DNA of 64,000 nucleotides from an uncultured virus (IMG/VR IMGVR_UViG_3300005528_000053) (taxonomy: Duplodnaviria; Heunggongvirae; Uroviricota; Caudoviricetes). Positions 16,214 through 25,700 of the stretch are shown one piece after another. The position numbers and the translations under genes were made by a program. The DNA lies in IMG/VR virus record IMGVR_UViG_3300005528_000053. One strand, given 5' to 3'. The notes beneath the pieces are model-generated. The model made no database searches and was not told where the DNA came from. It worked only from the letters and a program-made list of their open reading frames with translations. Each line of letters starts with the position of its first letter. Position 1 is the stretch's first letter.

Positions 16214-17987
16214 TTAAAATCTCTAAATCTGAAGAATAAGATGTGAACCCGTTTTCTTTAATAACTTTTAAAACATTGTTTACACGCCCTACTAACTCAT
16301 CCTTATGACTGATTAGATAGATGTTTTTATTACGTTCCCTAGCCATCTTCTTTAAGACGCCAAGAGCATTTTCAACACCTATTGCATCTAGACCGTTGTC
16401 AATAAGTTCATCAACAAATAACAGATTAATATTCTGATATAAGCTTTCCCATACATCTCGGAAGCTCCAACTTAGGCCTAGTATAAGTCTATTTCGTTCG
16501 CCTCTACTTAAATTATCAAAATCTAAATCTTGACCTAGTTGTGTAATTTCTACATTTAAGTCATTTAAGAATGTTACTTGATGCGGTAAGCCCATTTTGT
16601 CTAAGTAGAACGACAACCTGTTGTTTAGATAAGCTAAATTCTGATCTATAATTTTTTTACGAATAAAAGAATCTTTGTTAGTCAGTAATTTTAACAGAAA
16701 CTCTTGGTGCTCTTTAAGATTATTCAAGACGTTTATTTGATCCCAAGTAATTTCTTGTAAGGCAGTATTTTTTAAATCTTCAATTTGTTCAGTATAGGGA
16801 TCAGTCTCCTGTTGTCTTTTACCTAAAGATTCTATTAAACTTTCAAGATTGTTTTGATGTTTAAGTGCTTCTTCAATAGTATCGTAAAAAGTTGAAGGTC
16901 TGCCGTTAATATCACCTATCTCTTCAAGTTCTTTTACAGTCTGTGCATAATTGTTAGATACACTTTCTAAGTAAGTACACGCATCTTCTAGATTTTTTTC
17001 TGCTAAAATTTTCATTTCGTCATGCTTGTGATCTTGCAGCATTTGTTCGCATGATGGACATTTATGATCTTTAAGTTTTTCTACTTCTTTTTCATATTTT
17101 TTAACAGTCTTATCTGCCTGTATAATTGCAGTTTCTAGCGTAGCCTTTTCTTTGTTTAAACTTTTTATTTTTGCTGCCAGTTCGTCATAACTTTTTAATT
17201 TTGCATGTTGCTCTAGTTCTTTTTCTATATCAACTGACTGTAGTTCAACAATTTTTTCAGCTAGTTTAAGACAATCAATCTCTCTTTGATTATGCCAAGC
17301 TGACTTTCTAGTCTCTAACCCAGCAATGCTTTGTTCAATTTTTTCGTTTGACTTTTTTGCAGCTTCAATGTTTGCGTTTTCTTGCTGCACTTGTTCTTTA
17401 GTTTCTCGTATCTGTTCTTTTAGCGACTCTGCTTTTTCACTTAGAAGAGTTATACCTAATAGTTGCTCAATAATTGATCTCTGATCATTAGCTCGCATAC
17501 TTAAAAACGGCTCAGTGTAGGTATTAAGAGCTACAATATGTTTAAACATATCGTGACTCATACCTAAAAGATCGTCTAAATCTTTTTGCGTTTCGCGCAT
17601 ATCTCCTTGAGCGTCGTCGGTTTCATCGCCTTCTTGTTCTACATCGTTGATATAAAACTTTAAGATATTAGGTTTACGTCCTCGTTCAATCCTATAATCT
17701 ATTCCATCTTTTTCAAAAGACAGGGTAACTAACATATTCTTATTGTTAATTTTATTAATTAGATTGTCTTTTTTAATATTTGTCAATGCTTGACCAAATA
17801 ATGCATAGCTTAAGGCGTTGACAATAGTAGTTTTACCAGTTCCGTTGCGACTGCCACCATCGTCGCCGCCCATGTCTAGATTTTCGCCTAGTACAAGTGT
17901 TAATTGCTCTCGTTCAAAATCTACAGCTTGGGTTTGATTACCCACACTCATAAAATTTTTAACAGTTAGATTTTTTATTTTAATCAT
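16206..17987 (-). CDS. gp46: Recombination endonuclease ATPase subunit (gp46, SbcC/Rad50-like)
   Basis: Walker A NGTGKTT, zinc hook CPSC, signature LSRGE, Walker B LLFVDE and H-loop ISH. Confidence 0.93.
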   Translation of the reverse strand: MIKIKNLTVKNFMSVGNQTQAVDFEREQLTLVLGENLDMGGDDGGSRNGTGKTTIVNALSYALFGQALTNIKKDNLINKINNKNMLVTLSFEKDGIDYRIERGRKPNILKFYINDVEQEGDETDDAQGDMRETQKDLDDLLGMSHDMFKHIVALNTYTEPFLSMRANDQRSIIEQLLGITLLSEKAESLKEQIRETKEQVQQENANIEAAKKSNEKIEQSIAGLETRKSAWHNQREIDCLKLAEKIVELQSVDIEKELEQHAKLKSYDELAAKIKSLNKEKATLETAIIQADKTVKKYEKEVEKLKDHKCPSCEQMLQDHKHDEMKILAEKNLEDACTYLESVSNNYAQTVKELEEIGDINGRPSTFYDTIEEALKHQNNLESLIESLGKRQQETDPYTEQIEDLKNTALQEITWDQINVLNNLKEHQEFLLKLLTNKDSFIRKKIIDQNLAYLNNRLSFYLDKMGLPHQVTFLNDLNVEITQLGQDLDFDNLSRGERNRLILGLSWSFRDVWESLYQNINLLFVDELIDNGLDAIGVENALGVLKKMARERNKNIYLISHKDELVGRVNNVLKVIKENGFTSYSSDLEILND

Positions 17988-18997
17988 AGATTATTGTAGA
18001 TTGATAGTAAAACTTTTGAATCATATGTCTCGCTTTCTATGTTTACTAGTTGACTGGACACTATTTGATCTACTGATTCAAATGCTCGAATATCAATATT
18101 GGTATTGATTTCAATTTCTTTCTTTTCGGGAATTAGAGTAAGTTCTCTAATGTCATAATCGCCCATAAATTTTTCTTTAATAAAACTAGCTTCTTCGTAG
18201 CTGATGTCAATGTCTAAGCTAACACGAAGATGTGCTTTAGGTAGTATAATATCTTCTGCACGATCAATCAAGTCACTAAGCTTAGTAGTTCTAAATGTAG
18301 GTTGCCCTGGCCATGTATGGTATTCAGGTTGCTTACCCCATTCAAGTACCATCATTCCACGATCGTCGTCCCAGTTATCTGCGTAATTGTGCGGGAATGC
18401 ATTGCCAATATAAATCATATTCTTTTGTTGCTGACGTTTATGAAAATGTCCGCTGAATCCTAATTCATAGTTTTGAAAATCGCTTAATTTAATGTCTCCG
18501 TGGTCCGGCATCTGCACCATGGCATTCATAAAAAACGTCGGCAATTCAAAGTGGCCAAAGATGTATTTGCCCCCTGACTTGCCAATAGTTTTCCATTCAT
18601 CGCCTACTAACCACGGACACATTGTTACATCACCTATGGTTACTGGTTTGTGTACAACTGTAATACCAGGAATGTACTTTCCAAATTCTACACTATGTAT
18701 ATCCCGTTTATCTTTGTAATAAAGATCGTGATTACCAGGAAAAAAATAAAATTGATCAAAAGCTTGGCCCAGTTTTTCAAGGGCTCTAAGGCTATAATCC
18801 ATCGTAGTGATATTAAGACTGTTGCGATTATGATGCCAATCGCCGAGAAAAATTCCAGTATCACAGCCTTCCTCCTTTGCTTTAGTAATATACCAGTCTA
18901 CAAAATCTTCGCAGTCTTGATTGTGTATGCTGCTATTTGATTTTAACCCAAAATGTATGTCAGTGAAACACGCTGCTTTCTTAAACAGGTTAGTCAT
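17984..18997 (-). CDS. gp47: Recombination endonuclease nuclease subunit (gp47, SbcD/Mre11-like)
   Basis: Metallophosphoesterase motifs DIHFG, LGD, GNHD, GHF and SGHFH; the likely start is the ATG at 18997, overlapping the end of gp55. Confidence 0.92.
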   Translation of the reverse strand: MTNLFKKAACFTDIHFGLKSNSSIHNQDCEDFVDWYITKAKEEGCDTGIFLGDWHHNRNSLNITTMDYSLRALEKLGQAFDQFYFFPGNHDLYYKDKRDIHSVEFGKYIPGITVVHKPVTIGDVTMCPWLVGDEWKTIGKSGGKYIFGHFELPTFFMNAMVQMPDHGDIKLSDFQNYELGFSGHFHKRQQQKNMIYIGNAFPHNYADNWDDDRGMMVLEWGKQPEYHTWPGQPTFRTTKLSDLIDRAEDIILPKAHLRVSLDIDISYEEASFIKEKFMGDYDIRELTLIPEKKEIEINTNIDIRAFESVDQIVSSQLVNIESETYDSKVLLSIYNNL

Positions 18998-19817
18998 CGT
19001 ACCCCTCGTTTCGCTTTGAAGCAGCAGCATACTCTGCCTGCCCCGTTCTAGTATAACTAGGATTCATTCCGTTTATTTCCAGTATGTCGTCTCTAATACT
19101 TTGATTTCTTTTTTCAATATTGATTATTCGAACGAAGCTATTAGTAACAGCAGCAGTGAAATAAGCAAAAGGATTATCTGACTTTGACTCATCGAATTGT
19201 AGTCCTATCTGTGTTAGTTGTAAAATAGCCTGTCCGCGCATTTCATCGTTGTATGTATAACCTCTAACATTACCTCGTGTGGCGTAACGTTCGCAAAGTT
19301 TAATATACATTCGGGCTAGGGTATTTGTTATTTGTCCATGATCCTTACTGAACTTTCCTTTTTCTAGATCGCCCTTCCAGTGGCTTTTTCCTACACACAC
19401 TAGTATGTCGTTTTCGTCAAATTTCCAGTGTTGGAATGGAGGAAAGTTTACTTTGTCCCTGCCATCAGCAGTTGTTTTAGGATTCTTTTTTCTAGTGGCA
19501 TTTAATGGAATATGATCGTAAGTCATGATTCTAAAAACCAAATCAGTTTTCAGAATTTTTTTGTAATCAACTTCGCAGTCGGCTTGTTTTACTTTTTCCT
19601 TGGCAGCTTTACGTCGTTCATATTCTATTTGACCAAGTCTTTTCGCTTGGTTACGTTTAGCTTCTGCGATTGTTCGAATATTAATTTTGTCAACATGCGG
19701 TAAAATTATATCATATCTGTGATATTCTGGTTTAGAATAGCTGGAATATGTATTTTTTGATTTGTGTATTTCGTCTAATAAGTCTTTATTGTTAAGATAA
19801 TTGATTTTTACGGTCAT
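18990..19817 (-). CDS. gp55: Late-transcription sigma factor (gp55-like)
   Basis: NYLNNKDL, RGYTYNDEM, FDESKSDNPFAYFT and IEKRNQ; sits upstream of gp47-gp46 as in T4-like phages. Confidence 0.85.
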   Translation of the reverse strand: MTVKINYLNNKDLLDEIHKSKNTYSSYSKPEYHRYDIILPHVDKINIRTIAEAKRNQAKRLGQIEYERRKAAKEKVKQADCEVDYKKILKTDLVFRIMTYDHIPLNATRKKNPKTTADGRDKVNFPPFQHWKFDENDILVCVGKSHWKGDLEKGKFSKDHGQITNTLARMYIKLCERYATRGNVRGYTYNDEMRGQAILQLTQIGLQFDESKSDNPFAYFTAAVTNSFVRIINIEKRNQSIRDDILEINGMNPSYTRTGQAEYAAASKRNEGYDD

Positions 19818-19837
19818 TATGAATCCTTTGTTGTAAA

Positions 19838-19866
19838 ATTATAAACTATGCACTTAATTTTGTCAA
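19838..19866 (-). promoter_or_regulatory. Perfect sigma70-type promoter for the gp55-gp47-gp46 operon
   Basis: Minus strand TTGACA (19866-19861), 17 nt, TATAAT (19843-19838), then an AAGGA RBS and the gp55 ATG. Confidence 0.88.
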
Positions 19867-19872
19867 TAAATA
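19866..19872 (+). promoter_or_regulatory. Late promoter motif for the baseplate operon
   Basis: ATAAATA followed by AAGGAG and the ATG at 19893. Confidence 0.65.
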
Positions 19873-19892
19873 ATGGACAAGGAGAACGTCGA

Positions 19893-20843
19893 ATGCCAAC
19901 AAATTTTGATCCGGCATCAATTGCAAGAACTGCCGGTACAACTGCAAGAACTATTGGGTCCGGTATTTCTGCTGGACTCGGACTAGCTGCTAACTTAGGC
20001 GCAGCACTTAACAACATATCCGATCCACAAAAGCTACTATCAAGTCTTCGAAGTATAGGATTACCACCAGGTGGAAATATCCTAGGATCGTTTGGCGGAG
20101 CAAGTGCTAGCTTTAGTGATGGACAAGACTGGCGTGTTCGTCTTAGCCTACCGCCAGGTACATTTTTTGATAAAAGTCCGGTACTGAAACCGTTAATTGA
20201 TGCTGGCGGGCTAATTTTTCCTTATACTCCTAGTATAACAATGTCCGGTGCTGCCAGTTACGGCGATCAATCTCCAGTGCATCAAAACTTTGGATTTTTT
20301 GCATATGAAAATTCAAAGGTTGATCAGATATCTATTCAAGGTACATTCTATTCCGAAGATGGCGTACAGGCAGCGTATTGGCTTGCTGTGGTACATTTTT
20401 TACGGAGTGCTACAAAAATGTTTTCAGGACAGAGTGAAAATGCTGGTAATCCTCCTGTAATTTTAAAGCTTAATGGCTATGGAGATTACGTATTTAAGAA
20501 TATTCCTGTGGTGGTAAAAAGTTTTCAAATAGGATTACCTGCCGATGTTAACTACATTACTACAAAAGTAGGAGCCCCGGGCTCCCAAACAAGCTCAAGA
20601 CCTTCGTTGTCAATTCCTGGACTACAAAATAATATAGTTGGCGGAGCCTTTGGAGCACCACCTCTTCCTTCTAGTTCTTCTTTAACTAATCAAGGTCCTC
20701 CGATGGGAACAACACATGTTCCTACTAAGAGTGAGATAACAATAACTCTACAACCTGTTTACAGTAGAGAAACTGTTAGACAATTTAGTTTACAAAAATT
20801 TGTTAACGGTGAATATGTTAATAACCCTGTAGGATTCGTATAA
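19893..20843 (+). CDS. Putative baseplate / tail-tube-initiator protein (gp48/gp54-like)
   Basis: GLIFPYTPSI and PPVILKLNGYG..FKNIPVVVKSF motifs; first gene of the baseplate operon; start moved to the ATG at 19893 on RBS evidence. Confidence 0.6.
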   Translation: MPTNFDPASIARTAGTTARTIGSGISAGLGLAANLGAALNNISDPQKLLSSLRSIGLPPGGNILGSFGGASASFSDGQDWRVRLSLPPGTFFDKSPVLKPLIDAGGLIFPYTPSITMSGAASYGDQSPVHQNFGFFAYENSKVDQISIQGTFYSEDGVQAAYWLAVVHFLRSATKMFSGQSENAGNPPVILKLNGYGDYVFKNIPVVVKSFQIGLPADVNYITTKVGAPGSQTSSRPSLSIPGLQNNIVGGAFGAPPLPSSSSLTNQGPPMGTTHVPTKSEITITLQPVYSRETVRQFSLQKFVNGEYVNNPVGFV

Positions 20844-21142
20844 TGGCCAAATATTCTACTACCAGTCCTTGGTTTACTACATCGTTTACTAATGGTTATT
20901 TAGATTTACTAGCAATACGTCCAGTAAGTGCCGAACCCGATGACTTTCTTTATACCATTGAAAGTCAATATACACACCGACCAGATTTATTAGCTTATGA
21001 CCTATACGGCACTCCAAGATTGTGGTGGGTCTTTATACAAAGAAATTTAGATATTTTACAAGACCCTATATTTGATTTTACTCCAGGAAAACAAATTTAT
21101 ATACCTAAAGGGTCAAGTTTAAAAGCAGTGTTAGGAGTATAA
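20843..21142 (+). CDS. gp53: Baseplate wedge subunit (gp53-like, LysM-like)
   Basis: RPDLLAYDLYGTPRLWWVF..N...DPIFDF..G..IYIP motif. Confidence 0.8.
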   Translation: MAKYSTTSPWFTTSFTNGYLDLLAIRPVSAEPDDFLYTIESQYTHRPDLLAYDLYGTPRLWWVFIQRNLDILQDPIFDFTPGKQIYIPKGSSLKAVLGV

Positions 21143-21143
21143 T

Positions 21144-23618
21144 ATGCCACCAGGTTTTTTCCCTCCAGGCTATACAAGCCCTAATTACCCAGGTGCAACT
21201 ACAGCATCAACTGGCAGTAATACTACAGTAGGCAATACAGGACTAGCAAAGAATCTGTCAGTTTCTGGAAATGTTAAAGATCTAGTATCAGCCGGCGGCA
21301 ATGCATTAAAGCAGATAGCAGCTAATAATTTACCAGGGATTCCTTCCTTACCTAATGTTAAAATTTCAGAGTTAGCAGATGTTGGAAAGTTATCAGAATA
21401 CAGCGCAGCAGAAAAAACTATAGTCCCTATAAATGAAACGCCACCGTTTCCTAACATTTTAGGTGTTTACTCTACAGTAAACTACATTTTTACCCTGTCG
21501 GTATTGACTGATGAAGAAATTAATTTTCCTGATGAAACATATCGAAAAGGAATATTTCGTCCAAACACTATCGTCCTTAGAAGCGGTAGCGGACTTCCGG
21601 ATAACAGAATCCCTACAGCTATAACAACACAGAATAACCCTTCGGGAAAATTTGATTTCTTTATGGATAATTTGCGTATCGAAGGCGCAATGGGGTTTGA
21701 TAAAACTACAGGAAATACAAATGCTACTGGATTAAGTTTTCAAATTACAGAAACTTATAGCATGGGATTGTTTATGCAGGCTATCCAAATTGCAGCTAAA
21801 AATGCCGGACATCAAAATTATCTTACAGCACCTTTTTTACTTAAAATTGAATTTGCAGGGCATGTAGACAGCGATAATACATCAGTTAATATACCAGGAA
21901 CTACTCGATATATTCCTTTAAAATTAAGAGAAGTTGAGATGGCAGTTGATGCTAAAGGTGCAACATATGCAGTTGAAGCATACCCATGGAACGAACAAGG
22001 GTTCGCAGATTCTTACTCAATGCTACTGACAGAAGTTAACATTGCTGGAGCAACAGTACAAGAAATGTTGCAATCAGGACCAAAGAGTCTTCAAAAACAA
22101 ATAAATGATAGAATTAGAGAAACTGCAAATAAAGACACACAAGCTCAGGTTTCTGTTCCTGATGAAGTTGTAATTTTATTTCCTACAGATTTAAAAACAA
22201 CAGGCAACGTATCAACAACATCAACAACCTCTGCTACAACGAATCCTAATCAAGTAGGTGCTGCAACTACTATTGAAAACAAATTAGGAATTAGCAAGGG
22301 AGGGGATTCTGCATATTACACTCAATCCTCAGTAAACAAAATTGGATCAGCTCAGATGGCATTTGATAGTTCTCGAGCAGCTGATAAAGAATTTGCCAAA
22401 GATAATGCTGCATACAATGAATCAAGCGGATATTATAATCGAGCAGGAGTTGTAAGTCCAGTAAACACTTCTGATTTTAGATTTAAACAGGGTAGCAATA
22501 TAACCAATGTAATCAATCAAGTTATTTTACAAAGCGATTATGCTAGACAAGCAACTAGTAATAATCAAATTACTAATGAAGGAATGATTCCTTGGTGGAG
22601 AATTGAAACACAAGTTTACAATAAATCAACTGATGCTAACTTAGGACAAACTGGAGAGAAACCTAAAATAATAGTATATAGGATAGTGCCGTATCTAGTA
22701 CACTCGAGTAGATTTATGCCACCTAATACACCTCCTCCAGGGATTGATAAACTTAAAAAACAAGCAATTAAAGAATACAACTATGTGTTTACCGGTAAAA
22801 ATCTAGATGTTTTAAGTTTTAACATGCACTTTAACGCAGGCTTTTATCAAAGTTATACTGCTGATTCTGGTATTCTTAATCAAGATGTTAAAAAACAAAC
22901 ACAAGAAAGCGGCGCAGTTGACGAAACAGTAGAAAGAGCACAAAATTCTACTGGGAATACAGTGATACCAGATAACTCAATGGGCACTCAACGAAGATAC
23001 GATGCAATTAGTACTCGTACTGATAACGCCGGCGGTGGCGGAATTGAAACTGTAGAAACACGAATCGCCAGACAGTTCCATGATATTTTAACTGAAGGCG
23101 CAGACATGCTTGCTGTTGATATGGAAATTATCGGAGATCCGTACTATCTTGGTGATAGTGGAATGGGTAATTATACTGCACCAGAAACAAGCTTAATTAA
23201 TATTAATGCAGACGGTACTATAGATTATCAAAGTGGCGAAGTAGATTTAGTTTTAAATTTTAGAACACCAGTTGATTTGAATGAAAATACCGGATTTTAC
23301 GAATTTGGTCCGGATAAATTAGTAGCAGAGTACAGCGGACTTTATAAAGTTCAAACTATTGTTAGTAATTTTTCTAGGGGTAAATTTGTACAGCAATTAA
23401 GTATGACACGAAGAATGATACAAGAACTTAAAGATGAAGCTCCTGCTACACCTTCTCTTGCAGTTGCTTCGGATAATCCTCCCACATGGGAACAGACACA
23501 AGCTAATGTTCTTGCTGCTATTACTAAAACTAACCAAACTGGTGAGAAAAATGTAGTAGATAATAAAGGAACTGTAGTACCTGTAACACCACCAGTTAGA
23601 CAACCATTTACAATTTAA
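21144..23618 (+). CDS. Putative baseplate hub protein (gp27-like)
   Basis: 824 aa between gp53 and gp5; C-terminal EIIGDPY and YSGLYKVQTIVSNFSRGKFVQQL hub-type motifs. Confidence 0.6.
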   Translation: MPPGFFPPGYTSPNYPGATTASTGSNTTVGNTGLAKNLSVSGNVKDLVSAGGNALKQIAANNLPGIPSLPNVKISELADVGKLSEYSAAEKTIVPINETPPFPNILGVYSTVNYIFTLSVLTDEEINFPDETYRKGIFRPNTIVLRSGSGLPDNRIPTAITTQNNPSGKFDFFMDNLRIEGAMGFDKTTGNTNATGLSFQITETYSMGLFMQAIQIAAKNAGHQNYLTAPFLLKIEFAGHVDSDNTSVNIPGTTRYIPLKLREVEMAVDAKGATYAVEAYPWNEQGFADSYSMLLTEVNIAGATVQEMLQSGPKSLQKQINDRIRETANKDTQAQVSVPDEVVILFPTDLKTTGNVSTTSTTSATTNPNQVGAATTIENKLGISKGGDSAYYTQSSVNKIGSAQMAFDSSRAADKEFAKDNAAYNESSGYYNRAGVVSPVNTSDFRFKQGSNITNVINQVILQSDYARQATSNNQITNEGMIPWWRIETQVYNKSTDANLGQTGEKPKIIVYRIVPYLVHSSRFMPPNTPPPGIDKLKKQAIKEYNYVFTGKNLDVLSFNMHFNAGFYQSYTADSGILNQDVKKQTQESGAVDETVERAQNSTGNTVIPDNSMGTQRRYDAISTRTDNAGGGGIETVETRIARQFHDILTEGADMLAVDMEIIGDPYYLGDSGMGNYTAPETSLININADGTIDYQSGEVDLVLNFRTPVDLNENTGFYEFGPDKLVAEYSGLYKVQTIVSNFSRGKFVQQLSMTRRMIQELKDEAPATPSLAVASDNPPTWEQTQANVLAAITKTNQTGEKNVVDNKGTVVPVTPPVRQPFTI

Positions 23619-23621
23619 AAT

Positions 23622-25199
23622 ATGCCAGAGTTAACTAGATCATCGCAAGAATCATTACCAAATCCAGGACCGTTTCTGGCAAAAATTGTCAGCCACCTCG
23701 ATACAGAGTACATGGGGACATTAGAAGTAGAACTATTACATCCTGTGGGAAACAGTGATTCAAGGGAAGGACAGGTATTCCAAGTCAAATATCTAAGTCC
23801 TTTTTATGGAGTCACTAGTGCAGATTTTTTAGGAAAAGATTCTGACAACGATACCTACGATGAAACTCAAAAAAGTTATGGCTGGTGGATGATTCCACCG
23901 GACATAGGAACTACAGTAATGGTTATATTTGCCAACGGTGATCCTAAAAAAGGATTCTGGATAGGCTGTGTTCAAGACAGATATATGAATTTTATGGTGC
24001 CAGGAATGGCATCAACAAGCTATAGTAAAGATGGCAAGAAACCTACAGTGCCGGTTGCAGAATATAACAAAGATATAAACGAAGCAGTTCAAGATCCAAC
24101 TAAAATTAAAAAACCAGTACACACTTATCTGCAAGATGTTTTAGAAACTCAAGGGTTATTAGAAGATGATATTAGAGGTCTTACAACATCTAGTGCCCGC
24201 CGAGAAGTTCCTAGTGCAGTATTTGGAGTGTCAACCCCTGGACCAGTAGATAAGTCCGGAAAAAGAGGCAAAGTTGGAAAATTTGAACATAAGATTGCAG
24301 GAGCATTTGTCAGTAGATTAGGCGGGTCAACTTTAGTCATGGATGATGGCGACGATAAGTTTTTAAGAAAAAAAACTGCTAGTGAAGGCCCTCCTGAATA
24401 TGCAAATGTAGAAGCAGATGAAACAGACGGCGACAAAAAAATTCCACATAATGAATTGATTAGAATTCGCACTCGAACTGGGCATCAAATACTATTACAT
24501 AATAGTGAAGATTTAATCTACATTGGTAATGCTAGAGGAACCAGCTGGATTGAGTTATCAAGTGATGGAAAAATTGATATCTATGCTGAAGATAGTATAA
24601 GTGTACATACTGCACAGGATTTAAATTTCTTTGCAGAGCGTGATATTAATATGCAGGCCGGACGCAATTTTAATACTAAGGTTGCAGGTGAAATGCACAC
24701 ACATGTCAATAAAGATAGTGTATTAATTGTAGATGAGAATCAACGAATTTTAGTTAAAAAGAACGTTGAGTCTACAGTTAATGAAAATTTTAAACACACT
24801 ACAAAAGGCAATGTTGATTGGAAAACTACAAAAAATAATGCATTTACTGCCGGAGCTTACACTTATATTAAGAGTGGAAGCCAACATATTGAAACAGCAA
24901 GCAAAATTCATATGAACGGACCATCTGCAACAGCCGCCGTTGAAGCTCAAGTTCCTAAAGAATTAAAAACACATCTGTTGCCTACTGATACTGGTAGTAA
25001 AGGAAACATGATTATGCGAAGAATGCCAACGCATGAACCATATCCTCAACACGAAAATTTAAATCCTACTGAAGTTAAACCTACAAAAACTGATAGAGAT
25101 GTTGACGGTAGATACGAAGGACAATCAACATCTCTATCATCAGCAGCACCACAGTGGAAAAAACTAAGCATTGTTGATACATTTAGAAAAGGGAGTTAA
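23622..25199 (+). CDS. gp5: Baseplate central spike (gp5/VgrG-like)
   Basis: OB-fold motif PPDIGTTVMVIF, RTRTGHQILL, beta-helix-type repeats and IHMNGP; precedes gp25. Confidence 0.75.
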   Translation: MPELTRSSQESLPNPGPFLAKIVSHLDTEYMGTLEVELLHPVGNSDSREGQVFQVKYLSPFYGVTSADFLGKDSDNDTYDETQKSYGWWMIPPDIGTTVMVIFANGDPKKGFWIGCVQDRYMNFMVPGMASTSYSKDGKKPTVPVAEYNKDINEAVQDPTKIKKPVHTYLQDVLETQGLLEDDIRGLTTSSARREVPSAVFGVSTPGPVDKSGKRGKVGKFEHKIAGAFVSRLGGSTLVMDDGDDKFLRKKTASEGPPEYANVEADETDGDKKIPHNELIRIRTRTGHQILLHNSEDLIYIGNARGTSWIELSSDGKIDIYAEDSISVHTAQDLNFFAERDINMQAGRNFNTKVAGEMHTHVNKDSVLIVDENQRILVKKNVESTVNENFKHTTKGNVDWKTTKNNAFTAGAYTYIKSGSQHIETASKIHMNGPSATAAVEAQVPKELKTHLLPTDTGSKGNMIMRRMPTHEPYPQHENLNPTEVKPTKTDRDVDGRYEGQSTSLSSAAPQWKKLSIVDTFRKGS

Positions 25200-25206
25200 A
25201 TAGTTT

Positions 25207-25650
25207 ATGGTTACTGGAAACAGATTATATGAAAATATAACTTTACCTGCTCCTAAGCAGGCTAACTTTATCCCTGGCGCACGGACATATCGTGGGTTCA
25301 GTACACTTTCTAGTGATACTAACTCATATACTCTCTATGATCTTAACTTGATTAAACAGGATATCATTAATCATTTCCATATCAGACAAGGTGAACGATT
25401 AGAGCAGCCCGAATTTGGTACTGTAATTTGGGATTTATTGTTTGAACCATTAACTGATCAAGTGAAAAACTTGATAACAAAAAATGTTGAAACTATCATT
25501 AACTATGATCCGCGTGTTAGAGCAGATCAAATAATTGTAACACAGTACGAAACAGGTATTCAAATTGAGTGTTCACTGACTTACTTGCCTTATAACATTT
25601 CCGAAGCCCTAAGATTTAAATTTGACCAGGATAACGGGCTTATCAATTAA
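25207..25650 (+). CDS. gp25: Baseplate wedge subunit (gp25)
   Basis: GERLEQPEFG..IWDLLFEP and YDPRV motifs. Confidence 0.9.
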   Translation: MVTGNRLYENITLPAPKQANFIPGARTYRGFSTLSSDTNSYTLYDLNLIKQDIINHFHIRQGERLEQPEFGTVIWDLLFEPLTDQVKNLITKNVETIINYDPRVRADQIIVTQYETGIQIECSLTYLPYNISEALRFKFDQDNGLIN

Positions 25651-25700
25651 ACACCCAGATAATAAATTCCAATAAATATATCTGTTAATAGGAAACAGAT

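Noticed and set aside
19848..19892. Longer N-terminus of the first baseplate ORF as given in the track
   Set aside because: It overlaps the promoter region; the AAGGAG RBS supports the ATG at 19893.
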